Assembly: GCF_039654945.1 (NCBI RefSeq)
Contig: NW_027361819.1
Location: 2,852,001-2,916,000, forward strand
DNA from: Dendrobates tinctorius
Lineage: Eukaryota
DNA length: 64,000 nucleotides
Reading direction: 5' to 3'
Below the pieces are notes generated by a model. The model ran no database searches, was not told the origin of the DNA, and saw nothing but the letters and a program-made list of their open reading frames with translations. This document shows positions 13,449-38,800 of this stretch, piece by piece. The translations under genes were made by a program, and so were the position numbers. Numbering within the stretch: position 1 is the stretch's first letter; each line of letters opens with the position of its first letter.

Positions 13449-14242
13449 TGTTAGCGTGGGTGGTCAGGAGCCGGAATCTCCAGGAGTGGATCCTCTGGAC
13501 CGTGGCACCGAGGGGCCCCGGGCGAGCTGCCAGGTGGAACCGACCCCTATACAGAGACCGTTAGGAGCAGGCCCAGGGGTTCGAGTACCCCGGTAGCCGG
13601 TAAGGAGAGGGGCAGCTCAGGATGGACTGGAATAGGACTGTGGGACTTAAGTGTAGATGACAGGACAGAGCTGGAACACAGGAGACAGGAGTGGAGTAAG
13701 ACAGTAGACTGGAATGTGGAGGGATGGCTGGAGCAGGAACACAGGAGACAGGATTAGAGGAGGACGGAAGGACTGGAGCAGGATGGAACAGGAACACCGG
13801 AGGCAGGACTGGAGTAGGACGGCAGGACTGGAGCAGGACTGAGAATACTGCAGGGAACACGGAAGACAGGCTGCAGGAAACACCGAGGATGGCACCGAGA
13901 GGGTGCAGAGAGCACAGGAAGAAGCAGGGCCCAGTGTGCAAGGTAACACAACGATCAGGCGCCTCCCTCGGGGTAGCGGCCTGATATGGCCCCGTTTGGT
14001 CTGCCATTGGTCCGAAGGTGCTTCTGGGTCAGGGCACAGCCGGAGCACAAGAACCAGAAGGGAGCCGCAGCCTATGGCGCATGCGCATTGCGTGCAGAGA
14101 TGGCGTCGGCCGCGAGCCTGTCAGAGGTGACCACCTTGGCCGTCGGGTAGCGAGAGGCTGCGGCGTGGGAGCGGAGGCCGGGTGAATATGCAGAGACGGC
14201 GTGGGAGCGGAGGCCGGGTGAGTATGTCGGAGTGGTGTAACA
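13449..14242 (-). repeat. 5' LTR of the Gypsy element
   Basis: Direct repeat of 8398-9165. On the minus strand it is followed by the PBS-position sequence and the gag ATG (13435). Confidence 0.92.
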
Positions 14243-15558
14243 CTGCAGAGAAAGGTGGAGAGACAGAGCCCAAAAGACTGCAGAGAAAGGTGGAGAGACA
14301 GAGCCCAAAAGACTGCAGAGAAAGGTGGAGAGACAGAGCCCAAAAGACTGAAGAGAAAGGTGGAGAGACAGACCCCAAAAGACTGCAGAGAAAGGTGGAG
14401 AGACAGAGCCCAAAAGACTGCAGAGAAAGGTGGAGAGACAGAGCCCAAAAGACTGCAGAGAAAGGTGGAGAGACAGAGCCCAAAAGACTGAAGAGAAAGG
14501 TGGAGAGACAGAGCCCAAAAGACTGAAGAGAAAGGTGGAGAGACAGAGCCCAAAAGACTGAAGAGAAAGGAGGAGAGACAGAGCCCAAAAGACTGCAGAG
14601 AAAGGTGAGAGAGACAGAGCCCAAAAGACTGCAGAGAAAGGTGGGAGAGACAGAGCCCAAAAGACTGCAGAGAAAGGTGGAGAGACAGAGCCCAAAAGAC
14701 TGAAGAGAAAGGTGGAGAGACAGAGCCCAAAAGACTGCAGAGAAAGGTGGAGTGACAGACCTCAAAAGACTGCAGAGAAAGCTGGAGAGACAGACCCCAA
14801 AAGACTGCAGAGAAAGCTGGAGAGACAGACCCCAAAAGACTGCAGAGAAAGGTGAAGAGACAGACCCCAAAAGACTGCAGAGAAAGGTGGAGAGACAGAG
14901 CCCAAAAGACTGAAGAGAAAGGTGGAGAGACAGACCCCAAAAGACTGCAGAGAAAGGTGGAGAGACAGAGCCCAAAAGACTGCAGAGAAAGGTGGAGAGA
15001 CAGAGCCCAAAAGACTGCAGAGAAAGGTGGAGAGACAGAGCCCAAAAGACTGAAGAGAAAGGTGGAGAGACAGAGCCCAAAAGACTGAAGAGAAAGGTGG
15101 AGAGACAGAGCCCAAAAGACTGAAGAGAAAGGAGGAGAGACAGAGCCCAAAAGACTGCAGAGAAAGGTGAGAGAGACAGAGCCCAAAAGACTGCAGAGAA
15201 AGGTGGGAGAGACAGAGCCCAAAAGACTGCAGAGAAAGGTGGAGAGACAGAGCCCAAAAGACTGAAGAGAAAGGTGGAGAGACAGAGCCCAAAAGACTGC
15301 AGAGAAAGCTGGAGTGACAGACCTCAAAAGACTGCAGAGAAAGCTGGAGAGACAGACCCCAAAAGACTGCAGAGAAAGCTGGAGAGACAGACCCCAAAAG
15401 ACTGCAGAGAAAGGTGAAGAGACAGACCCCAAAAGACTGCAGCGAAATGTGGGAGAGACAGACCCCAAAAGACTGCAGAGAAAGGTGGGAGAGACAGACC
15501 CCAAAAGACTGCAGGGAAATGTGGGAGAGACAGCCCAGAAGACTGCAGAGAAAGGTGG
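14243..15558. repeat. 35-bp minisatellite derived from the Tc1 transposase 3' end
   Basis: Unit ctgcagagaaaggtggagagacagagcccaaaaga, with a higher-order duplication of about 562 bp. Confidence 0.92.
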
Positions 15559-16092
15559 TCTTACAAAGTCCTGTCCCAGGGGCTGAATACAAATGCACGG
15601 CTCAATTGTCAGACATGTGAGGAGGCCAAGAGCTCGTTATCTGCATTAGTCTAAATCTGCTATTCCTCTGGAGGAAAGACTCTTCCTGTAGAGCTATGTT
15701 ATGGGGGTCTCTGCTGACTAGGGGTCCTCTCAAAATGTAACATTTGGGACTCTTGCTTAGAAACTATAAAGATGGACAAACACCCTCCCTAGTTTCCCCT
15801 CTAGCCCACCCTGGCATGTATCTGACATACTTGACAGTATTAAATTTGCTGTTGTTGCAGCTGCCTGGCACTAAGGGCATTTACCATCATCCTCCAATAC
15901 AGACTGCATGTTATTTTGCTCTCTGCCTCAAAATGATCCACGTTTTTCCAAAATGTCCTGAATTTTTGCTGTTCACAAAGATTTATCATTAAAGTTTCGA
16001 GACTTTATTTATTTGCACTCCACTTCTACTGTCTCTTCATATAATCCAAACTTACACACCATAAATAAGTCAGAAATTCTACCCTGATTAAT

Positions 16093-19000
16093 GTATAAGA
16101 TCCTGTCTGTAGTCACCACTAGGGGGAGCTCTCTGAGCTTTCTGTATACAGAGATACATGATGAGATCTTGACTGCAGTCACCACTAGGGGGAGCTCCCT
16201 GTATACAGAGATACATGGTAAGGTCCTGTCTGCAGCCACCACTAGGGGGAGCTCCCTGTATACAGAGATACATGATAATATCCTGTCTGCAGCCACCACT
16301 AGGGGGAGCTCCCTGTATACAGAGATACATGATCAGATCCTGTCTGCAGCCACCACTAGGGGGAGCTCCCTGTATACAGAGATACATGATCAGATCCTGT
16401 CTGCAGCCACCACTAGTGGGAGCTCCCTGTATACAGAGATACATGATAATATCCTGTCTGCAGCCACCACTAGGGGGAGCACCCTGTATACAGAGATACA
16501 TGATAATATCCTGTCTGCAGCCACCACTAGGGGAGCTCCCTGTATGCAGAGATACATGATAAGATCCTGTCTGCAGTCACCACTAGGGGGAGCTCCCTGT
16601 ATACAGAGATACATGATAAGATCCTGTCTCCAGCCACCACTAGGGGGAGCTCCCTGTATACAGAGATACATGATAAGATCCTGTCTGCAGCCACCACTAG
16701 GGGGAGCTCCCTGTATACAGAGATACATGATAATATCCTGTCTGCAGTCACCACTAAGGGGAGCTCCCTGTATACAGAGATACATGATAATATCCTGTCT
16801 GCAGCCACCACTAGGGGGAGCTCCATGTATACAGTGATACATGATAAGATCCTGTCTGCAGCCACCACTAGGGGGAGCTCCCTGTACACAGAGATACATG
16901 ATAAGATCCTGTCTGCAGTCACCACTAGGGGGAGCTCCCTGTATACAGAGATACAATGATAAGATCCTGTCTGCAGCCACCACTAGGGGGAGCTCTCTGT
17001 ATACAGAGATACATGATAAGATCCTGTCTGCAGCCACCACTAGGGGGAGCTCCCTGTATACAGAGATACATGATCAGATCCTGTCTGCAGCCACCACTAG
17101 GGGGAGCTCCCTGTATACAGAGCTACATGATAAGATCCTGTCTGCAGCCTCCACTAGGGGGAGCTCCCTGTATACAGAGATACATGATATTATCCTGTCT
17201 GCAGCCACCACTAGGGGGCGCTCCTTGTATACAGAGATACATGATAAGATCCTGTCTGCAGCCACCACTAGGGGGAGCTCCCTGTATACAGAGATACAGG
17301 ATAAGATCCTGTCTGCAGCCACCACTAGGGGGAGCTCCCTGTATACAGAGCTACATGATAAGATCCTGTCTGCAGCCTCCACTAGGGGGAGCTCCCTGTA
17401 TACAGAGATACATGATATTATCCTGTCTGCAGCCACCACTAGGGGGCGCTCCCTGTATACAGAGATACATGATAAGATCCTGTCTGCAGCCACCACTAGG
17501 GGGAGCTCCCTGTATACAGAGATACAGGATAAGATCCTGTCTGCAGCCACCACTAGGGGGAGCTCCCTGTATACAGAGATACATGATAAGATCCTGTCTG
17601 CAGCCACCACTAGGGGGAGCTCCCTGTATACAGAGATACATGATAAGATCCTGTCTGCAGCCACCACTAAGGGGAGCTCCCTGTATACAGAGCTACATGA
17701 TAAGATCCTGTCTGCAGCCTCCACTAGGGGGAGCTCCCTGTATACAGAGATACATGATATTATCCTGTCTGCAGCCACCACTAGGGGGCGCTCCCTGTAT
17801 ACAGAGATACATGATAAGATCCTGTCTGCAGCCACCACTAGGGGGAGCTCCCTGTATACAGAGATACAGGATAAGATCCTGTCTGCAGCCACCACTAGGG
17901 GGAGCTCCCTGTATACAGAGATACATGATAAGATCCTGTCTGCAGTCACCACTAGGGGGAGCTCCCTGTATACAGAGATACATGATAAGATCCTGTCTGC
18001 AGTCACCACTAGGGGGAGCTCCCTGTATACAGAGATACAATGATAAGATCCTGTCTGCAGCCACCACTAGGGGGAGCTCTCTGTATACAGAGATACATGA
18101 TAAGATCCTGTCTGCAGCCACCACTAGGGGGAGCTCCCTGTATACAGAGATACATGATCAGATCCTGTCTGCAGCCACCACTAGGGGGAGCTCCCTGTAT
18201 ACAGAGCTACATGATAGGATCCTGTCTGCAGCCTCCACTAGGGGGAGCTCCCTGTATACAGAGATACATGATATCCTGTCTGCAGCCACCACTAGGGGGC
18301 GCTCCCTGTATACAGAGATACATGATAAGATCCTGTCTGCAGCCACCAATAGGGGGAGCTCCCTGTATACAGAGATACAGGATAAGATCCTGTCTGCAGC
18401 CACCACTAGGGGGAGCTCCCTGTATACAGAGATACATGATAAGATCTTGTCTGCAGCCACCACTAGGGGGAGCTCCCTGTATACAGAGATACATGATAAG
18501 ATCCTGTCTGCAGCCACCACTAGGGGGAGCTCCCTGTATACAGAGCTACATGATAAGACCCTGTCTGCAGCCTCCACTAGGGGGAGCTCCCTGTATACAG
18601 AGATACATGATATTATCCTGTCTGCAGCCACCACTAGGGGGCGCTCCCTGTATACAGAGATACATGATAAGATCCTGTCTGCAGCCACCACTAGGGGGAG
18701 CTCCCTGTATACAGAGATACAGGATAAGATCCTGTCTGCAGCCACCACTAGGGGGAGCTCCCTGTATACAGAGATACATGATAAGATCCTGTCTGCAGCC
18801 ACCACTAGGGGGAGCTCCCTGTATACAGAGATACATGATAAGATCCTGTCTGCAGCCACCACTAGGGGGAGCTCCCTATATACAGAGCTACATGATAAGA
18901 TCCTGTCTGCAGCCTCCACTAGGGGGAGCTCCCTGTATACAGAGATACATGATATTATCCTGTCTGCAGCCACCACTAGGGGGCGCTCCCTGTATACAGA

Positions 19001-19500
19001 GATACATGATAAGATCCTGTCTGCAGCCACCACTAGGGGGAGCTCCCTGTATACAGAGATACAGGATAAGATCCTGTCTGCAGCCACCACTAGGGGGAGC
19101 TCCCTGTATACAGAGATACATGATAAGATCCTGTCTGCAGCCACCACTAGGGGGAGCTCCCTGTATACAGAGATACATGATAGGATCCTGTCTGCAGCCA
19201 CCACTAGGGGGAGCTCCCTGTATACAGAGATACATGGTAAGATTATGGTCTGCAGCCACCACTAGGGGGAGCTCCCTGTATACAGAGATACAGGATAAGA
19301 TCCTGTCTGCAGCCACCACTAGGGGGAGCTCCCTGTATACAGAGATACATGATAGGATCCTGTCTGCAGCCACCACTAGGGGGAGCTCCCTGTATACAGA
19401 GATACATGATAAGATCCTGTCTGCAGCCACCACTAGGGGGAGCTCTCTGTATACAGAGATACATGGTAAGATTATGGTCTGTACCACTGATAGGGGGAGC
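16093..19500. repeat. 57-bp minisatellite with a CTCF-like motif in each unit
   Basis: Unit gataagatcctgtctgcagccaccactagggggagctccctgtatacagagatacat, about 59 copies. Confidence 0.95.
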
Positions 19501-19802
19501 TCTTGTTTTTCGTCCTATTTCCTTCATTGTCTGTCTGGACAGAGTGATCCCCATCCCATTCTCTGCCTGTTTGCAGCTTGTGGTGTGTGTGGTGCCTGCA
19601 CTGTGTGTATACAGGGATAGACGGTCTCTGGCTCGATTGGTGCATGGTCTGCTCCATCACCACATTCGGGCAGGGCTGTGGCCCTGTGTGTCGCACATCT
19701 GTCGGTCCCCTGGCAGCGCCCAGGCCCCTCTGGCTGTATATTTGTGCCGCGTCCCCGTATACCGCGTCTCCTCCTCTGAGCTCCTCTCTCCTTCCATTAC
19801 AG

Positions 19803-33514
<13,712 letters not shown>

Positions 33515-35118
33515 CCTCCCATAGACGCTCCCACCCGGCCGGCTCCAGAAAGCTCACCTCCACATCTGAGACTCGGTGTGACCGCTGCGGCATTATGGAC
33601 TGTGCTTGCTGGATGCATATACAGCACGGTGTCATGTACTGCTATGGAGGTCACCGGGGGTCTCCAGAGAGGAGAGGGGGCGCTAGGGCGACATCCTGAC
33701 CTCTCTCTGAAGGCTCTCACCCCACAGTGTGACAGTATTAATGGATTCTAATACCGATTCCTCCTCCGCAGTCCTCTCAGTGACCACCGGGTGGCACTCA
33801 TCCTTTCCACGACCGTGCAATATCCTCAGTGTCCACCAGGGGTCAGTGTTTTTGTGCAGAACACAGCACGTCTGACAGAGAGAAATCGCCCCACCTGCAA
33901 AATAGGGCACAGGGATGGTAGCAAATGCATCCTGCAGTACTCACCGCCACCACTAGGGGGAAGGGTTAGGGTTCAGCTCTGCGCTATGAACACCCCACCC
34001 TGGGGTATATAGTAACCTCCACCTTCCCCCCCTTTAATTGTGTGGGTGAGGGGTCAGCGCTTTCCGCATCCCTCCCTGTAGATATGGGAGAGTATTGGGC
34101 AGCAGCATGTTAGGGGTTAAGTCTAACTGCCCGGACAATTAGGGAATGGCTGCAATGAAATAAGCAAAAAAAAAAAAATTAAAAATAGTTAAAAAAAATA
34201 TTAAAAGTTTGCTCAAAGCTGCACATTTAAGGGTTAAGCATGGCGAGATATTAGCCAATCAGCCAGCTGTGTTTGCCTTGATCAGAACCCGTCGATCGCT
34301 GAGCGCTCCGCCCCTTTTAGTTTCGTCACCGCTAATAATTTTCCATATATTTATTTTTTACGATATCTTAGAAATGGTCCGTCCCTTAAAAAAGAACACA
34401 TAAAATCCCCTCCCCCTCACCTTCTGAATAATGGTTCAGTCCATAAAATGGCCGCCTCAGTGATGTCACCGAATCCCCCAGCGAACCGATAGGAATCCTT
34501 AATGTGTAGCAATGGCGGCCGCGTGCAAGGATCAGATAAACACCCCTCATTGTAGTAATGGTATAGACCGGGTTTGAGCAGGGGAGGGACTTCCCGATAA
34601 ATTGGGAGGTGCTAGGGATCCAGGTGCGTTGCAATGTGTCTGTTCTCCTCCAGGGGGCGACTTCTCCTACAGAAATGATATCTATTTTTTATAGGTTGCT
34701 GCTATTCCAGGGTTTGTGGGCGGTTCTGACGGATCGGCTCCGCGCGCACACACAGACGTCTCCGTTAACCCCGCCCCCGCGGATCCCATCTTTTTCCCGT
34801 CCTCATTTATTTATTATTAATTTATTCCGCCTCTTCTGATTATTTTTGATGAATGTAAATATTTCAGCCGAGCGAAATGTTAGTAAATGTAACGCAATTT
34901 ATAAAACGTGTACAAAGGTATTAACGGGATTAAACTCAAATCCAAAGAGCGGCTGTGGGGAGAGCGTCAGTGTGTGGGGAGAGCGGTGCATGCTGGGAGG
35001 AGGGCCCCCGACCTCGGCACACGAGGGGCCCCTGGAATAATGCGCCAGACAGAAGTGATTACTGCTCATAGTATTACTATAGAGATGAGCGAGCGCTCCA
35101 CAAAGGGAGAGTCTCCGG

Positions 35119-35860
35119 TCACACCCCGAAAGCACAAAACCTGTGGGAACAAAGAGAAATCTGTGAGGTGCAAGGAACACGAGGGGAAAGGGTTAACTAC
35201 AGCTCTACATCTGCCATTGGTCTGATCAGTCCACATCTTATACTCCAGTCACCTCCAGAGCTGCGGTCACTATTCCTCATTTACATCTTGTCTTATGCTC
35301 CAGTCACTTCCAGAGTTTCACTCACTATTCTGCTGTTACATTATGTCTTGTCCTCCGGTCACCTCCAGAGCTGCAGTCACTATTCTGATGTTACATCGTG
35401 TCGTATCCTCCAGTCACCTCCAGAGCTGCCCTCACTATTCTGCTGTTACATTGTGTCTTATCCTCCAACTCTTTTATTTTACAAAATTATCAAAATTACA
35501 CTCAGAAACAAACCACAATACATAAACTAAAGAAAACCAACATAGACAGACATAAAATGTGCAAAACATGCGCAAACAACTGAAAGTCCAAATCCTTTCC
35601 TTGTCCCCCACTGAGCTCGGCAGCTTAGGGTCCCCCAGCAGGAATCCACTTAAAAGAGAATACAAAGAAACATAAACCCCTCTCCCCACTCTCACTCCAT
35701 TCACCCCCATTCACACCTCACCGATTTTACTAGTTTACTATTTACAATTTTACTATTTACAAAAACCAAACGAAAATAACCCTTTCCTGGCCCTCCGCCT
35801 TGAAAAAAAACAAGAACTCTGCCACTTTGGCCGACAAACCTTACCTCCTATTACACAGCA

Positions 35861-35896
<36 letters not shown>

Positions 35897-38800
35897 CCCC
35901 CTCTCCCACACATGGCAACAAGTTCGCAGCCTTTTTTTTCCCACCACCTTGCACCGCAGGTCCTACAAGTTTGTAGCCTTGTCACTGCAAAATCTGGTCC
36001 ACGAAAGTTTATGGCCTTTTGATTCCACACGAAAATTATTTCCAGGGTCCGCAGAGTCTACTTCTCCTGCCCTGCTCCTTTGCTCCTTCATGTTGCTCTT
36101 GGCATCCGGTCATCCATCCACCACCCCCCATGCACCCCCCTCCCAACCTGACTACACCCCATCCACACATTCTAACTAAAAAAAACAAAAAAAAACGTGT
36201 GTTATATGTTTTTCCTTTTACCAAAGTACAACCAAAAGACATTTTCCAAAACTCTCAATACCATCCCATCTACTTACGCATTAATATACAAACTAAACAC
36301 AGCATTTACATACCCAAGGCCCAAGTTTGGCACCTGTAAGCCCAATATCCATTATATGTCCTGTTTTTAAAACAAAAAGCTAAGGTGGCATGCACCAGCC
36401 CACCACCAGGAAAAAGGGGTTCTAGAGGCTCCATCCCTCACTAACACATTCATCCTATCCCTCAAGAACTAAGACTGTCCCTACTTCTGTCCCTAAAAAA
36501 GAAACCTGTCCCTATCTGCCCCTACCTGCCCCTACTCTACCTAACTTATCATAACTAACTCTCTATCTGTCCCTCAGTGCCTGTCCCTCCCTGTCCCTAT
36601 CTGCCCCTACTTCTGTCCCTAACACACCCAGTGAAACTTATGCTATCCCTACCCTCATTCACACGGAGCTAGCTCTCCCTTGAGTGCGTTTTTAAAAGGA
36701 GAGGCCTCTCCAAAGCCAAGAGGCCTTCCTCACACCCAACCTTTCGAACTCCAAAGAACGGACCTTCACCAGGTCACCCAAGATGTTTCCTACCACCTCA
36801 TCCCTTGGGAGGGTTTTTTTCCGCGTCGTAACTAGGCACCGTGCATTCCAAGTGTGGAACCTAACCGCTGCACTGACTAGGAATAAAGTGCACGGGTCCC
36901 GGCCACCCAGGGATCTGAACGCTCCATAGGCCCACTCAGCGTAGGAGAGGGACGCCAGCCGCGGCCAACGTATGGAAGCACCCACCCTGTTGTAAACCTC
37001 TGCATTAAAGGGACAATGAAGCAGGAAGTGCTCCATGCTTTCCAGCACGTCGCCACACTCCTCACGAGGGCAACCCCGATCATCGGATTTCCTGCACTTC
37101 AAGTTGTCCCTTACATACAGCCTCCCGTGGAAGCAACGCCAGGTCAAGTCCCAAAACTTCATGGGGATCCGCTTAGAATTTAAAAGCCCCAGCCCGACCT
37201 CCAGATCCCGGCCTGGGCAATCCTTAAGGGCCAGGGGCTTCTGGAAATGGGTCAACAGGACCCTCCTGTCAAGGCACTGCCTCGACATGGTCCTGATTTC
37301 CCACATTCCCAGACCCCACCGGCGGATCACCTTCAGAACCGGGGTAGCATAAGCCGGGAGATGCCCATGAGGTGTGCGTAGGTCCTTCACCCGCCCTCCT
37401 GTCTCCCATTCCTGGAAGAAAGGCCAAAGCCAACCCTTGCAGGAGACTACCCACAGAGGAGCCCTCTCTAGCCAGAGGTTGGAGATGTTAGTCTTAAGAA
37501 AGGTGTTTACTAGAAACACCACCGGGTTGACCATACCCAACCCGCCTAGTCTCCTCGTACGGTATGTAACCTCCCTCTTGATTAGGTTAAGCCTATTCCC
37601 CCATAACAATTGGAAGAACAGGCTATAGACCCGCGTCCAGAGAGGTTCCGGCAAGATGCACACACTGCCCAGGTATATCAATAAAGGTAGCAGATAGCCT
37701 TTAGCCAGGGCAACCCTTTCCCTCAGGGTTAAAGACCAACCCTTCCATTGGTCCACCTTTTGGGTGGCGATCTTAAGTCTGCCCTCCCAATTTTGCTGGG
37801 GGTAGTCCCCGGGGCCAAATTCGATGCCTAGAATTTTGGCGGTGGCCTGGGGCCCTGGAAGGGTGTCCGGGAGATCAAAACTAGGATCTCCCCCTCCCAG
37901 CCAGAGACTTTCACACTTATCCCGGTTGATCATGGACCCGGATGCCTCCGAGTAGCGCACTACCTCCGACATGACCCAGTCCGCCTCCCCTCTCGAGGAT
38001 ACGAACAGGGAAACATCATCGGCGTACGCCACCACCCTCAGAGAGGAGCCAGAGCCCGCCCGGTCCATCCCGACTCCCGCCAACGGTCCACGATCTACCC
38101 TCCTTAAGAAGGGATCGATCGCGAACACGTATAAAAGCGGGCTCAGCGGACAGCCCTGACGGACCCCAGAACCCACCTCAAAAGGACGACCTGACCAACC
38201 ATTCACCAGCGGAAAAGTCTCAGCCCCTTGGTACAAGATCTCTAACCATTTTACAAACCTCCCAGGCAGACCATACCTCAAAAGGACGGACCAGAGGTAC
38301 TCGTGGTTGACCCGGTCAAAGGCCTTCGCTTGATCTAATGACAGCAAGTACCCCTTCCAGTGACCTGCCCTACCCTGCTCCACTGCCTCTCGGACACCGA
38401 GCACAGCACTAAAAGTACTGCGGCCTGGAACAGAGCAATGCTGGGCCCCTGAAAGGAGCCGGGGTGCAAACTTCACCAGCCGATTAAACAGCACCTTGGC
38501 CAGAACCTTCCGGTCCGTATCGAGAAGCGCTATGGGACGCCAGTTCTCGATTCGGGACGGATCCTTACCCTTTGACAGAATAATGAGGGCTGACTTCCTC
38601 ATTGAGCCGGGAAGAGTGCCCGAGGAGAGACACTCATTAAAGACCCCTGTCAAGAGGGGGACCAAGGAGTCCCTAAAAGTCTTATAGAACTCAGATGTTA
38701 AGCCATCCGGACCTGGCGATTTCTTGAGCCGAAGCCCATCAATGGCCAGTCTCACTTCCTCTTCCCTGATTTCTTCTGCCAAAACACCAAGAGAGGGATC

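Larger units (their letters stand above)
8398..14242 (-). mobile_element. Ty3/Gypsy chromovirus-type (sushi/Tf1-like) LTR retrotransposon, full length, decayed
   Basis: Two direct LTRs with TGT...ACA ends. 5-bp TSD cagca (8393-8397) / ctgca (14243-14247), one mismatch. Polypurine tract at 9166-9180 on the minus strand. Domain order gag-PR-RT-RH-IN-chromodomain. Confidence 0.95.

Noticed and set aside
14029-15598. Hydrophobic 491-aa ORF resembling a membrane protein
   Set aside because: Antisense reading of the 35-bp Tc1-derived satellite.
16091-19620. Long repetitive ORFs (up to 769 aa)
   Set aside because: Translations of the 57-bp minisatellite, whose unit length is divisible by 3.
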